From a virus (taxonomy: Duplodnaviria; Caudoviricetes), in IMG/VR virus record IMGVR_UViG_3300030330_004628, positions 6,841 through 70,840 of that record: a DNA stretch of 64,000 nt; one strand, 5' to 3'. A model generated the notes under the pieces. The model ran no database searches. It was not told the DNA's origin and was given only the letters and a program-made list of their open reading frames with translations. How positions within the stretch are numbered: the stretch's first letter is position 1; each line of letters begins with the position of its first letter. Both the position numbers and the translations under genes were made by a program. Positions 63,956 through 64,000 of this stretch are shown here, in pieces.

Positions 63956-64000
63956 TGATATATAAGCACAAAGCATTTATAAAAAACGGAAAGGTAACTT
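63955..64000 (+). CDS. 5' fragment of next gene
   Basis: TAATG stop/start overlap; MIYKHKAFIKNGKVT... Confidence 0.5.
   Translation, partial: MIYKHKAFIKNGKVT

Noticed and set aside
1-64000. Stop-codon reassignment (known in some crAss-like phages)
   Set aside because: Very long ORFs are intact under the standard code, and TAG and TGA both end genes that are tightly followed by the next gene.
1-64000. Prophage, integrase or host chromosomal flanks
   Set aside because: No integrase, att-like repeat or bacterial housekeeping gene seen; the whole window reads as phage. Lifestyle cannot be settled from a partial genome.

Overview
This window is a large part of a crAss-like (Crassvirales-related) podophage genome, most likely infecting a Bacteroidota/Flavobacteriia host. 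The host call rests on TAnnTTTG promoters, A/T-rich translation starts without Shine-Dalgarno sites, Gln at +1 after signal peptides and a T9SS-type C-terminal tail. It uses the standard genetic code. Positions 1-53.7 kb are a minus-strand virion/late block. In transcription order it holds paralogous small virion genes, putative TerS, TerL, portal, scaffold, major capsid, ring/tail proteins, an IHF-like protein and a 2304-aa muzzle/stabilization protein. These are followed by three ejection/cargo proteins (one with a pesticin-like muramidase), a 3917-aa single-chain virion RNA polymerase (DLDGD motif plus a HExxH zincin), fibre-like genes, an unusual cell-envelope module and a holin/L,D-peptidase lysis pair. 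From about 54.1 kb a divergent plus-strand early/replication block carries many micro-ORFs missed by the ORF track, repeated non-coding motifs, several long RNA-like stems, a class II glutamine amidotransferase with an amidoligase, a DnaD-like C-terminal domain, DnaB, HU, an AAA ATPase and an SSB-like protein. The best candidates for new biology are: (i) a phage-encoded OM beta-barrel / T9SS-cargo LDL-A protein / CxxC-less thioredoxin envelope module; (ii) a 1680-aa insertion inside a small adaptor domain whose uninterrupted paralog lies next door; (iii) hairpin-plus-T-tract elements that may be virion-RNAP promoters or terminators; (iv) an early cluster of membrane micro-peptides and structured RNAs. 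All family assignments come from motif recognition by eye; no database search was run.
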